Source: Octopus sinensis
Lineage: Eukaryota
Assembly: GCF_006345805.1 (NCBI RefSeq)
Contig: NC_043001.1
Span: 49,352,001-49,416,000 of the forward strand
Reading direction: 5' to 3'
DNA: 64,000 nt
Shown: one piece after another, positions 1 through 13,002 of the stretch
Layout: each line of letters starts with the position of its first letter
Position numbering within the stretch: the first letter of the stretch is position 1
Notes under the pieces: model-generated
What the model saw: only the letters and a program-made list of their open reading frames with translations
What the model was told of the DNA's origin: nothing
The model's database searches: none
Translations under genes and position numbers: made by a program

Positions 1-369
1 TCGTCGTCGTAACCGACGGAGTACCAGTTATATACATTGTGTCGGAATATAAAATATGGTATGGTCACGGCTAGAATGTCTCCAGTCATAGGTCTACTTG
101 GTTCAAGGTTGACCTGAAGGACTGAACAACTGCGGCAAGAATTCCACCTCACCTCAACTTTCAAAATAACTGCCGACTCCGTAGCAAGTACCACCTTCTT
201 TTTACCACCACAGCAACCACCACAACAGGAACAAATCTTTTGTTATTCCTTTATGTCTTGTTGCATTCATTGGACTACGGACATGCTGGGGGCATCCACT
301 TGAACGGTTTTTATCGAACAAATTAACCTCAGTTTTGTTTTGTTTTTTATTTCTTTTAAAATAGTCTTG

Positions 370-675
370 TACTTACTCTGTCGGTCATTGTTGCTGGACC
401 GCCAATGTACGGGAACGTAAACAAACCAACACTGGTTGTAAAGCGGTAACGGGATGTGACAAACACAGACATAGACACACACATACAGACACAAAGATAT
501 AGGCACGCGCGCACACGCACACACACACGGCGGGCGTCCACAGCTTCTGTCGACAAAATCCACTCACAAAAACATTGGGTGACCGGTGTTATAATAGAAG
601 ACACCCGGGGTGCTGCGCAGAGTTAATGAACCCGGAACCACGCGGTTGCAAAGCGAGCGTCTGAATCAAACAGTG
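370..675 (-). mobile_element. SINE family A copy
   Basis: Degenerate reverse complement of 31576-31984. Confidence 0.7.
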
Positions 676-1098
676 ATGTCTTCGCCTATTTTTAATAAGG
701 TGAGATACAGTGAGTAAAGGTGTAAAATTTTAATCTCCTGAACAATTCTAATCTATTTGCAATTAGTAAGCAAAAACTTGTTATTTAAAATCTAAAGGAG
801 TCAAATAAAAGATAAATCCATTAAAATGAATCGATCTATATTTTCGCAAAAAAAAAAAAAATACAGATGAGACATGGTGATGAGACATGGGTTTATGGTC
901 TCTGCTCATATGTTCGGTCATCTTGTTTGAAGCGAAAATCCGACGAACGCGTACTACACGTCTGCACTCTAGGCATAACAGTCGAGAAATTATGCGGTCT
1001 ACCGGAGTGAAAATTTCAAGCGTGCGCAGGAAGGTTGGCGTGAACTCTCATCCATAAGACTTTGTCGACGCAATACCTTCTGAACATACATATATACG

Positions 1099-1134
<36 letters not shown>

Positions 1135-1144
1135 ATATATGCAG

Positions 1145-1303
1145 TTGCAGCGTGGAAGGTGTTTGTAAGCCATTTAAGAATCACACAAAAGCCGTTCGAT
1201 TCACTTCAACATTTAAGTTTAATTTGTCAAAATATTATAGTCGCTAAAACCGCGACCTGTTCACTGAAAAAATCCGTGCTTACAAACACCTTCCACGCTA
1301 CAA
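1145..1303. mobile_element. Small MITE with 26 bp TIRs
   Basis: ttgcagcgtggaaggtgtttgtaagc (1145-1170) and gcttacaaacaccttccacgctacaa (1278-1303), one mismatch. Confidence 0.75.
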
Positions 1304-1376
1304 TTGTTTTCGTTCCAGCACGCGATCTCAGATCAAATAAATTGCTATGCGAGTACATCTCCATATATATATATAA

Positions 1377-1446
<70 letters not shown>

Positions 1447-1448
1447 TA

Positions 1449-1762
1449 AAGGAAATGAAGAAAATGCTGACAAAATAATTTAAGTATTTAAGTAATTTAA
1501 TTAGGTGAAAGTCTTTTTACCGTTGCGAGCTTGTTATGTTATCAAAAATATATTTTTTCAAGAGAGATTAGAGTTCCTTTCTGATAGATTTTTTCCTCTT
1601 ATCTGGAAAAAGAGGAAAAAATCTATCAGAAAGGAACTCTAATCTCTCTTTAAAAAATATATTTGATAAGCATAACAAATGCGCAACCGGTAAAAAGAAC
1701 TTTCACCTAATTAAATACTTAAATTACTTAACTTATTTTGTCAGCATTTTCTTCATTTCCTT
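1449..1762. repeat. Foldback inverted repeat, ~150 bp arms, 8 nt loop, within (TA)n
   Basis: 1449-1600 is the imperfect reverse complement of 1609-1762. Confidence 0.85.
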
Positions 1763-1878
1763 TTTTATATATATAACTCGTGTTCACATCTCCTTTTTTA
1801 ATATATATATAATAATACATATATATATATACATCCATATATATAGTATATATATATATTATATATATATATATAATC

Positions 1879-1910
<32 letters not shown>

Positions 1911-1970
1911 ATACGTATATATATGTATATATATACATATATATATATTTATTATCTATCTATCTATATC

Positions 1971-2002
<32 letters not shown>

Positions 2003-2059
2003 CATATATATATATAACTTAGAATAACTTAGAAAGTTTTGGCCAGTATTGGCCCAGGC

Positions 2060-3175
2060 CATGTCTAACTTAATAGCCACCACCTGGCGAAGTCTTTCAG
2101 TTCAGGATTTGGGCACAAGGCCCATTCGAGCAGAGAGTTAGTGTTTTGCGGAGACATATCCGGGGTGGGTGGTTTGTCGTACTGTTTTGAAGGAATTTGT
2201 CCAAAGACTTCTTGAATTTGTGTGGTCAGTTTCTTTTTGAACGTGTCCTGGTGTAATGTTGAAGAGAGCGGGTCCAATGAGGTGAAATAGGTGTGCCGTA
2301 TTGTCGTTATGTGATGCGATTTAGATTTTTGTTGTAGACGGATGGCACGTGGTCCAAGCCTTGGATGCATTTTGAAGGTGATGCCAACATCATTCGGACA
2401 GTGCTGATGGAAATTCCACATCATACAGATAATGTAGCGTTCACGGCGTCGTTGGAGTGAATACAATTTCAGCTTCTCTAGTCTACCCAGTAGTCAAGGT
2501 CTGACATGCCATCTATCTTTTTTGTGATGACCTTGGGGAGCTTCAATTCTCATAATATTTTGTTTTGTGTAGGGAGACCACAGTGGACAGCAGTATTTCA
2601 AGGTGGGGTCGGGCAAAAGTGGAGAAGAGAAGGATAATAGCGTGGGAATCTCTCGACTGGAAGGTTCTGAGAATCCAGGAACACATTCTGCGAGCCATGT
2701 CAACTTTGCTGCTTATATGTGTAGCCCAGCTTATGTTGTTGTCCACTGTTACTCCCAAGTCTCTGATGTTGTTGGATGCCATGAGGATTTCTCCAGAAGG
2801 AAGAGAGTATGGGAATTTCAGAGCATCCTCCCTTCCAAAGTGGATCAGTTCGAATTTGTCTTCATTTAGCAACATGTTATTCTTTTCCGCCCATTGGACA
2901 ACAGCCAGTAGGTCTGACTGAAGGTTTATTCTGTCATCCACGCCATTGATGACCTTCTGGAGCTTGAATCATCAGCGAAGGTTTGATGTTACTGTGTTTG
3001 ATGGTGTCAGTAATATCATTTATGTAGATGATGAAGAGAAGTGGGCCAACACAGTGCCTTGTGGGGACACCACTGCTGACTTTGGCTGGGCTGGATTTGA
3101 CTCCTTCGACTCACAACAGTTTGGGTTCTGTTAGACAGGAAGCACTTGATCCACTGCAGCAGCTTTCCAGTGACA
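2060..3175 (-). mobile_element. CR1-clade LINE, 5'-truncated RT C-terminus and 3' end
   Basis: Frameshifted GKLLQWIKCFLSNRTQTVV, GVPQGTVLGPLLFIIY, DLGVTVDNNISWATHI, RPHLE/YCCPLWSPY, SLQRRRERYII. Confidence 0.85.
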
Positions 3176-3179
3176 CAAA

Positions 3180-3559
3180 TAAATATATATACATACATAT
3201 ATATACATATATATATATTAAATTATGTACGTAATACATATATGATAATAATATATATATATATATATATATTTATAATATAGATATATATATTATATAG
3301 ATAATAATATATACATATATATATATACATACATATACGTATATCTATGTATATATATAATATAGATATTTATATATATATACGTAATATTCTATATATA
3401 TAATATATATATATATAATACATAGATATATATAGATATAATATATAATATACATACATATATTATATACATATATATAATATTATATATATATATATAT
3501 AAATATACATATATATATACATATATACATATATATATAATATATATATATATTATATC

Positions 3560-3591
<32 letters not shown>

Positions 3592-3737
3592 ATTAGCGTC
3601 GTATTTTACGTTCGCTATTTCCAGTAAATATCGGTACTTAGTTGTGCCATTTATTTACTAATTTGTATATATATATATAATATAAATATATATTATATAT
3701 ATATATTATATATTATATATATTATATATATATATTA

Positions 3738-3769
<32 letters not shown>

Positions 3770-3770
3770 C
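3180..3770. repeat. Degenerate (TA)n tract
   Basis: Direct reading; similar tracts at 1360-1445 and 1790-2020. Confidence 0.95.
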
Positions 3771-4150
3771 AAGCAAAACGCCCCCTGTCCAATGGACGGT
3801 ACTGAGTTGTCAAGCATTTAAACCAAATTTTCTCAAAACAGCTTGTCCGACCGTCGCATAGGCCTCCCCTTTGAGAAACATTGATTTAACCTAAATTTGA
3901 GACACCAGCAAAAGAAGAAATAAAGATAGAATTTTTTTCTATTCCAAGAAAAACGATTTTACAAATGCACGTTCCCACGGCTTCATCGATCGCATTCCCA
4001 CCTGGAATCGATTTTTGTAATTTTTTCAAGACTTATACACGCCCTGACACCGTCGGTATCTACATATCAAATTTAAGCGCAATCGGATGGAGGATGCCCG
4101 AGATCGTAGAAGACAGACACACAGACATATAGAACGGATTTTGTATAATA
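3770..4150 (-). mobile_element. Probable non-autonomous Helitron-like repeat
   Basis: The motif atcaaatttaagcgcaatcggatg and the adjacent agacagacac tract resemble the reverse complement of the 5' part of 53310-53819. Confidence 0.35.
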
Positions 4151-4184
4151 TATTATATATATATATGTGTGTGTGTGTGTGTGC

Positions 4185-4230
<46 letters not shown>

Positions 4231-4371
4231 ATTTCGGAATGGTCATTTTGTCAGTTTAGCCAATAAAAAATCTTGCGCAACAAATATATAAGCGTAATAT
4301 ATATATATGTATTATACGTGTATGTATAAACATATATAGATGCACATATACATATGCATGTTTTTCTTAAT

Positions 4372-4679
4372 TCGATTCACTCATTGGTCTGCGGTCATAC
4401 TGGGGCACCGTCGTGAAATGTTTTAGTCAAATAAATCGACGCTGGTACTTGATTTTTTATAGAATGGGGCTTATTCTCATAGCAGCTTTTACCGAACCGC
4501 TAGGTTATAGACAGTCACCTCTCCAGACGTATATACGAAGGACTTCTTTATACTTCCGTGTATCAAATCCACTCACGAAGCCTTGATCGACTCGGGGTTA
4601 TAATAGAAGACACTTACCCAAGGTGGTACTGAACCCAGTTGGGAAGCATGTTTCTTACCGCACTGGCATGCCTGCGCCA
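4372..4679 (-). mobile_element. SINE family A copy
   Basis: Reverse complement of the family A head and tail. Confidence 0.75.
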
Positions 4680-5784
4680 AATATGTGTGTGTGTGCGCGC
4701 GCGCGCGTGAATTTGTGTGTGTTAGTGTGTGTGTGTGTGTGTGTGCGTTTGTGTGTGTATATATGTGCATGTATATGTGTGTATGTGTGTATGTATGTGT
4801 GTGTGTAGCTTTTACGTCGAGGAGGTCCAATAAGACTGAAACATCCACTGCTTTCGCCAGTTCGATTGAAGCACCCAGTCCAATCCAACTTGCATTGTCT
4901 ACATTATCCAACATATGTTAATGGAATTATCTCCTTTACAAGTTGCTGTTAGATTTTAAGCATCCTAGAGGAAGTACCCAATGACTTGCTTCCTCTCAGT
5001 TGATCTAAATTTTTCCAACTCACTATATCATATCAATGAAAAGCTACTGCACTTGTATTTACTGATGTTAAAATACAGAATAAACAAGCAAGAGAATGAA
5101 GGATGCAGGAAGATTGAAGAAGCGAAAGACAGTGAAAGGTAATGATAGAAAGTAACATACTTACATACATACACACATACATACATACATACATACATAC
5201 ATACATACATTCATACATACATACATACATACATACATACATACATACATACATACATACATACATACATACATACAGCCAGAAAGGAGAAAGCTAATTC
5301 GAAGACTACAGATCTAATCCATCACTGGAACTGTAAAAATATGTGAAACTTTCCAGAAGTTTATCATTTGAATATATATGAGCATGTCTAGATATGTAAC
5401 GATATGCATGAGAATACATGCATAAAATATGCAAATCTGCACATACATACATTCATACATACATACATACATACATACATACATACATACATACATACAT
5501 ACATACATACTACGTACGTTCCTACATCCATCCATACACACACACAAACAAACAAACAAAAATACCCTGTCGTTGATGTTGAAATTCCATTGAAGGAATT
5601 TCAACATTCACCAACAGGGTAGAAACCGGTTCATTCTCTGTTGGCAAGAAATCTTGAAATAAATTGAATAATGATATACATACATGTATACATACATACA
5701 TATATACATACATGTATACATACATACATGCATACATGCATACGTGTATACATACATAAGTATATACATACATACATACATACA

Positions 5785-5818
<34 letters not shown>

Positions 5819-6041
5819 CATACACTTTTGGAGCAAAGTATGGTTGAACTTGGAATCTTGGTGACAGAACTTGCTACAAATGATCACAATATCTGGGAAC
5901 ACGAAATCTGCAAGACCTAATGATTTAAAGGATGATGGTTAAATCAAGATACTTTCTTTCACAACTTTGCTACAGAGTAGGTGGTCAGTCAAGATTTACT
6001 CTAAATTAGAAAGAGAAAGAGAAGAGATACACACATACACA

Positions 6042-6134
<93 letters not shown>

Positions 6135-6949
6135 ATTTATTGCCAATAGAGAAAGAGTCGGTTTCTAACCTAGATCCAAGGCTCCTTCATTAGATTTTCA
6201 ACGTCAACAGGGTTGACACACTACCTGAATATTACGTTTGTCAACACACTACCTGAATATCCCGTCGTTGCCGGGTAATTTCCTCAATAAAATTTCTTGA
6301 CGGATTTTCGGAATAGCACACCTACATAAGTTGGATTTTCTCCGTTTGGACGGAGATTTTTTTCAATTTTTTTCTTTCCCCACCCTTGCAAATGATTGGG
6401 GAAACGTTTCATGAAAAATAAAATTTAATTATGAATGTTTTCAAACTCCCACTCAGTACCAATTTTGTCCACTTCAGCACTACGCATATAAAAACGAGAA
6501 TGTTAAAAGAGAAAAAAAATTGAAATCAGTGATCACCATTATAATTCCCACTTGCTCTTTTTTCAAATAGAAAAATAAAGGTAATTTAAAAACAATTGTC
6601 AAATTAAAAATTAACCCGAAACCCCACCGTCCATATATCCTAAAATTTCGGCTTTTCTTGGAAATTTGTTTTAAAATGCAGCGGACCAAATGTGCAATTT
6701 GTTTCTGTTTATAATTTCAAAATAATTTTCAGACGAAAAAGTGTGTGATTTAAGGGGGATTTAGCTGTTGTTTCTATTACATCTCACGACCACTTGATAC
6801 CTTCCTCGTTTCTTTGTCATTCTAACATGTATTGATGTTTTTCAATATTTTCCTCGCCATTAACACATTTTATGGATATATAAACATCAAAAATATATCC
6901 ACAGTAGGTAAGAGCTCAATTAATAACAAGTCGTTGAATTCCAACACTT

Positions 6950-7500
6950 TATGAGAGTAGACTGAAAAGTTCATTGGTTGACCAAGATACTCTCATGGAA
7001 TGTGACCAAATGAGGTTTATTTTTCAACATGGTCCCTTGCGGTCCACACACTTCTTCCATCGGTGTTGCATTGTTTGGATCACATTGATGAATAAGCTTT
7101 CCACCTGTTGCAGATTGACGTCATCTCTGCGTTGCTAGTTCCCAGCCATGTGTTTTTTTTTAATGTTGGGGAACAGGTGATTGTTAGATGGGACCAAATC
7201 AGGAGAATAGGGAGGCAGTTCAACCATTTCAAAGCTACAATTACGCACAGCAGCCATTGAAACCAAGGACTTGTACACTAAAGCATTGTCTTCATGAAAC
7301 AAGATTCCTTTCGCCAATTTTCTTGGGCGTTTGGTCTTGGATAGCCTTTCGTAACTGCCTCAGCAAGTTAGAAAAGTACTCTCCATTGGTGGCGTGGCCC
7401 TTTTGAAGATAGTCAATAAACACAATGGTTTTTTTGCATCCCACAACTTGAAGTCATCATCCTCCCTGCAAATGAAACGACATTGGCCTCTCTGGAACAA
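6950..7500 (-). mobile_element. Mariner transposon fragment
   Basis: ILFHEDNA...LPPYSPDLVPSNNHLFPNIKK, with a mariner-type terminus near 6950-6990. Confidence 0.8.
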
Positions 7501-7924
7501 GTGAGGAGTGGTGTTTTCACTGTATGGATTGTCTCGTTGTATTTGGCTCAGAGTAGTGAAGAGAGAGAGGAGAGAGAGAAAATAAATGAGAGAGAGAAGG
7601 AGAGAGAGAGAAGGAAAGAGAGAAAGAGAAGAGAGAGAGAGAGAGAGGAGAGATAATGAGAGAATTCCAAACGTTGAGATACAAAGAAAACAAGAGGAAT
7701 GGGAAATACTATCAGATTCCAAAATTCTCTACCTCAAACTTTCACAGCAGGAATCTCTACAGTAAGAATCACCAAACGCCTTAATCGCTATCTATCTCCA
7801 GGAACGTACCCCAATCTATAGAAGCATACAATGATACGTCCTAGTCACAAAAAGAAGATATTATTTGACCCTGTCTACCATCGACCTTTACCTATATTCA
7901 CTATATAAGGTACATATATTTTCC

Positions 7925-8131
7925 TTTCTACTATAAGCAGAAGGCCTGAAATTTTATGGGAGGCGGCTAATCGATTACATCGATTCCAGTGCTCAGCTGG
8001 TACATATTAGATCGATTCCCCAAAAGGATGAAAAGAAAAGTTGACCTTGGGAGCTCAGTATGAAAAACCCGGAAGAAATGCTGCTAAACATTTTGTCAGG
8101 TGTGCTAATGATTTTACTAGCTCGCTGCCTT
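7925..8131 (-). mobile_element. SINE family B copy, decayed
   Basis: Reverse complement of the family B head, body and tail 2. Confidence 0.65.
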
Positions 8132-8278
8132 CATTATCTCCAGTCTCTCTCGCTAGTAACAACTAGTACAAATTTCGTTGAGCCACACTTACAAAAAATT
8201 TGGTTTCTTACCTTACACAGTAATAATAACTAGAGCATTCTTTTGATTTTTATGTTTTCTTCCTTTTATATTTGCCCC

Positions 8279-8694
8279 GGATCTTTTCGCTTTGAACGGC
8301 TGTTTTTAACATAATTTCTAGGTAGCTAAAAAATTGTAAACTTCGTATACTGGTAGAATGTGTTTATAAAGCATATTTTTCTCTTGGCTTTATTGAGAAA
8401 ATTCTATAGTTTGTAAATTATTTGTTGTTTTTTTTCTTCAATTTCTGCAATTTCAACCAATCAGTCACGTCTATTGAGGTAAAAAACATTCTGTGCGTAT
8501 GAATATGTCCCTCGTTTAAGAAACAGATTGGGTTTATTTACATTTGTGAAGAAAAAAAGATACCCTTCCCCCCACCCCTAACCCTAACCCTAAAACAGAT
8601 TGAAATGCAATAGATCGATACTAGGGTCATATTTATGGGTGACAATTTTATATGACACCGCTAGAAAAAACTGCCGTTCTAACCGAAAAGATCC
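8279..8694. mobile_element. MITE with ~29 bp TIRs and 8 bp TSD (Merlin- or hAT-type)
   Basis: TIRs ggatcttttcgctttgaacggctgttttt / aaaaactgccgttctaaccgaaaagatcc. TSD tttgcccc at 8271-8278 and 8695-8702. Internal (CCCTAA)3. Confidence 0.85.
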
Positions 8695-9727
8695 TTTGCC
8701 CCTAATCCACATGTGTATTATATCATATTTGGCATAAAAAATCCTTGATTCTTCTTTCCATTTCCATCACTGGCAAACGTAAGCGAAAATGAAACAGATC
8801 GTGACTCATAAAGACTTAAAAGCAATTAAATGCTCGGTGGCCCTCAAATACATTAAATTTTGAAAAACCAAAGAATGGTCCCAAACCCTCTGGGTCCTAT
8901 GGCCCACTTGGGGGCCTTAATCCATCCGGTGCCGACTGATGCAATAGATTTTGAAATCATAAGTGCTACTCTTGAAATCTGAAGAGCTATCATTTGATCA
9001 TATCTGTTTTGGTATATTTCCTTTACTATATTACTTGTATATGTTCAATTTCTATCTTTTAAGTGTTGGATATGCACAATCTTTGATGATTTCTCTTTCC
9101 AATGTAACACGTTTAATATTGGTCAAATTGCATTCTAATGTCTAAGTTTTCTGCTTAAGACTAGAAAATACATCAGCCCTGATCAACCACTGTCCCCTCT
9201 ACAAAGTTTAAGCAAGACGCACAAATACTGTGTTGTCGTTTCGTACTCATACGCACGCGGATACATGCACACACATACACACTGAGTTACTCACAGATTA
9301 CAAGTTCAGCTTTATTCATGTAATTATTGGGATACTGGGATATATAACACACTGTATAAGTACCAATCTCGAGAAATTAGGCTTCCCAAAGCCAGGGAGG
9401 AGAAAGCTGATTCCAAGAATACAGACTTAAGCCATCACTGGAGCTGTAACAATTTGCAAAACTGTCCAGAAATTTATCATTCAAGTATATGTGTGCATAC
9501 CAAGACATGCAACTATATACACGAGAATAATTACATAAAACAAAACATACAAATCTGCACATGTACTGATTCCGAATACTGCACATATACCAACATATGC
9601 AAAAAAATACCCTGTTGACGTTGAAAATTCAATGAAGGAGCCTTGGATCTAGGTTAGAAACCGACTCTTTCTCTATTGGCAATAAATCGTGAAATAAAAC
9701 TGAATAATGACATACATACATACACAC

Positions 9728-9758
<31 letters not shown>

Positions 9759-10234
9759 CATACATACATACATACATACATACATACATACATACATGCA
9801 TACATACATACACACAAAACATCGGAAAGAAAGTGGTCATGTGACTGATTAGCAACGATTCATTGAAGCATACTGTAACTACTAGTTTACAAACCTGTTG
9901 TTTCCTCTCATCGAACATTCATGGCTTCTGTCCCACGAAACTAGCTACATGCATACAAATTTTTACCCAAGATCACTCGAAACATTCATTTCTCCCACTC
10001 ACGTCACTCGACTGTATTTCTTCTATAAGATTCTACACTAAGCATTTATGCCTAATCCTTCCACTTTGAAATTGCAAGCATCCGAAATTGCATTTCATCT
10101 ACAAGAACCAACATTCAAATATTAAAGAAGGTACTCTTAAGGTCCTTGTACATATCGGCATTGCTGTATCGACATCAAGTGCCAATGAATAACTTCATCT
10201 ATCTCTCAAAATCCGTTTATTTATTTATTTATTT

Positions 10235-10281
<47 letters not shown>

Positions 10282-10350
10282 TGTTTTGTAGGAGTATATA
10301 ATCTATAATACGGTCATCTAGCATACGTCAATTTTTCTGTTAGATACACA

Positions 10351-10436
<86 letters not shown>

Positions 10437-10459
10437 CTCTCCCCCCTCTCTCTCTCTCA

Positions 10460-10501
<42 letters not shown>

Positions 10502-10502
<1 letters not shown>

Positions 10503-10768
10503 CGCAGGAGTGGCGTCCTTACCAACCATATGGTTCTGGGTTCAGCCCTACTGCATGGCACCTTGGGTACTATAGCCTCTGGCCGACCAAAGCATTGTGA
10601 GTTGATTTGGCTGGTGCATTTACGTCCCCGTAACTTAGCAGTTCGGAAAAAGAGACCGAAAGAATAAGTACTAGGTTTACAAAGAATAAGTCCTAGGGTC
10701 GATTTGCTCGACTAAAGTCGTTGCTCCAGTATGGCCGCAGTCAAATGACTGATGCAAGTAAAAGAATA
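10502..10768 (+). mobile_element. SINE family A copy (internal deletion)
   Basis: gcgcaggagtggc head through gcagtcaaatgactg tail. Confidence 0.8.
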
Positions 10769-10868
10769 TATATATATATATTTGTGTGAGGATATATATT
10801 CACTTACATATGTATATATTCATACACAGATACATGCATTCATTCATACATACATATATGTGTATATA

Positions 10869-10921
<53 letters not shown>

Positions 10922-11035
10922 GAGAGAGAGCTAACTTTAAGACAGATTTTAATTCAATTTATATAAAGGAAATGATCTACATTATTTACATTATTTACAT
11001 TTGACGGATATTTGTCCTCATCTTGTTTGTTAGTT

Positions 11036-11081
11036 AACAGAACGTTTCGGCTGATATACCCTCCAGCCTTCATCAGGTGTC
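11036..11081 (-). ncRNA. Hammerhead motif, core intact, first stem I pair broken
   Basis: Reverse complement reads gacac-CUGAUGA-a-GGCUG...CAGCC-GAAA-CGUU-cuguu. Confidence 0.7.
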
Positions 11082-11224
11082 TTGGAGAAATGTCGAACTG
11101 GGTTCTCATTCCTAAAGTATTTTTCGATATTATTATTCAGGTCACTGCCCGAAATCGAACTCGGATTCTTGGGCACGGGCTACTAACCCCAAGATTCTGA
11201 GTTCGATTCCAGGCAGTGACCTGA

Positions 11225-11256
<32 letters not shown>

Positions 11257-11343
11257 TAATAATAATAATAATAATAATAATATAATAATAATAATATCGA
11301 AAAATACCTTAGGAATGAGAACCCAGGTTCGCAATTTCTCCAA

Positions 11344-11389
11344 GAGACCTGGTGAAGGCTGGAGGCTATATCAGCCGAAACGTTGTGTT
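11344..11389 (+). ncRNA. Hammerhead motif, core mutated (CUGGUGA)
   Basis: Same family as 15224-15268, with an A6-to-G change and one stem I mismatch. Confidence 0.6.
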
Positions 11390-11679
11390 AACAACAAACA
11401 AGATGAGGACAAATATCCGTCAAATTTAAATAATGTTAATAATGTACATAATTCCTCATCTTTTAAATATAGAACTGTATGAAGGAAATTATCATTGACA
11501 AAAAAAAAAAAAGAAAGAAATACCTCCTTGTTATATGCCAAATTGTAATTGGTGATCAGCGGGTGCGGTGAAACAGTCTTACAAAAGTTTATATTATTAA
11601 TGAAATATTAAACTTTTGCGTTATAGTTAATTAGTATTAATATTCTGGCGTGAATGAATTTTCGTGTGATACCAAACTG

Positions 11680-12470
11680 TGTGAGACTAGGCAGTAGTTG
11701 GTGTCGCTTGTGTGCTGGTTGTTGAGTGGTTCCAAAATGCAAACACTGGTCTGTTCAACACTGCGATCCATGAAAGGATTGGACATTACAAATGTTATAG
11801 ATATCACGCTTGCGAATTATAACGTAATCCTTCAAGTGCCAACACTTAGAGCTCGGATGCATCCGTGTTGTTGCGTGAGCACCTTTGTGCATGAAGTGAG
11901 GACTTGCAATGTAAAGACTATATTCATTGCAAACCACTATGAGCATGTGACCATTGCTAGTCATCTCTCCTAACACTGAAACATCCAACTAAGTTCTATT
12001 GTTTGCCCATGTGTTCTAATCGTGGAATTAAAATCATCCCCGTAGAACAACCTTTGTCTGACTTGGGGATTTTCCTGAGTACAGCTCTCAGTCGGACACA
12101 GAAAATTATTTCATCTTCATCAGAAATGGTCAGAGCAGGAGCACAGGTACTTATCAGTGTAGTAAATCGCCCATCTCTCAAGTGCAGATTAGGAATTATC
12201 AGTCGGAAATTTATAGGGATACGAAAATCCTCCAACTTCGTGAGGATTTCAGATCGAATTTCAAAACCAACGTCATATTCCCTGCGTTCTTCCTTTGGTT
12301 TTTCCCTTCCAGAAAAAGGTGTAGCCACCTCTAACCATCTCAGGCTAACCGTCACCTTCTAAAAAAGTCTCTGAAAGAGCAGTTGCGTGTTGTTATAACA
12401 GTTCAGTTCGTGATCAGATGAAATACGTCTTCCAGGCCAATATTCCCTTTTTTTACTTAACAGAGTACGT
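11680..12470 (-). mobile_element. RTE-clade LINE endonuclease fragment
   Basis: KPKEERREYDVGFEIRSEILTKLED...TTLISTCAPAL...LRAVLRKIPKSDK, and NGHMLIVVCNEYSLYI...TTRMHPSSKCWHLKDYVIIRKRD. Confidence 0.85.
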
Positions 12471-12965
12471 ACAATCCCAACATTAAATATTCATGTTACA
12501 TCCAGATTTTATAAATATTTTCTTTGTTTTCCGATCACAAGGTGGACACTTGTCAATCGCGCTAAACTGAATACATAGGAAAAAATAAGGAAATTTGGTT
12601 CACTTTTTCTAGAATCTTCCTGGTCTCCAGGTAAGCAGTGCCCTCCTCAAATGGAACTGCTCAGATACCTACTCCACGACCAAATCTCATCGCTGCCGTG
12701 GACGATAAGGAGACAACTTTATATCAAACATGGGCCGCCAATCACTTACTTTTCATGCATAATGTAAGCGAGCTGCTCGAAAACTGTAGGGAATAGAAGA
12801 AGCTTGATTAGAAATACCTGTGGAAGCGCATGTTTATCAAGAGTTGGACTCATTACTTTCCAGCAGAACCATAATTGTAAATTATAATTTTGTCTGAGTA
12901 CACACTGTTCTTAATGGTCAGTAATGGTTTTCCTCGGTCACGAACGGACAGCAATCATGCCTATT

Positions 12966-13002
<37 letters not shown>

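Larger units (their letters stand above)
10975..11470. mobile_element. Inverted pair of Penelope-type pseudo-LTRs
   Basis: Left arm about 10975-11173 is the reverse complement of the right arm starting at 11188 (spacer cacgggctactaac). The right arm has an expanded (TAA)n tract. Each arm carries a hammerhead motif. Confidence 0.75.

Noticed and set aside
9625-9685. caatgaag...gaaaccg hammerhead-like motif
   Set aside because: The core would be CAAUGA; an alternative long stem explains the sequence better.
12613-12630. 18 nt micro-exon with ag/gtaagc
   Set aside because: Lies in or next to the antisense RTE remnant with no partner exons; likely a chance signal.
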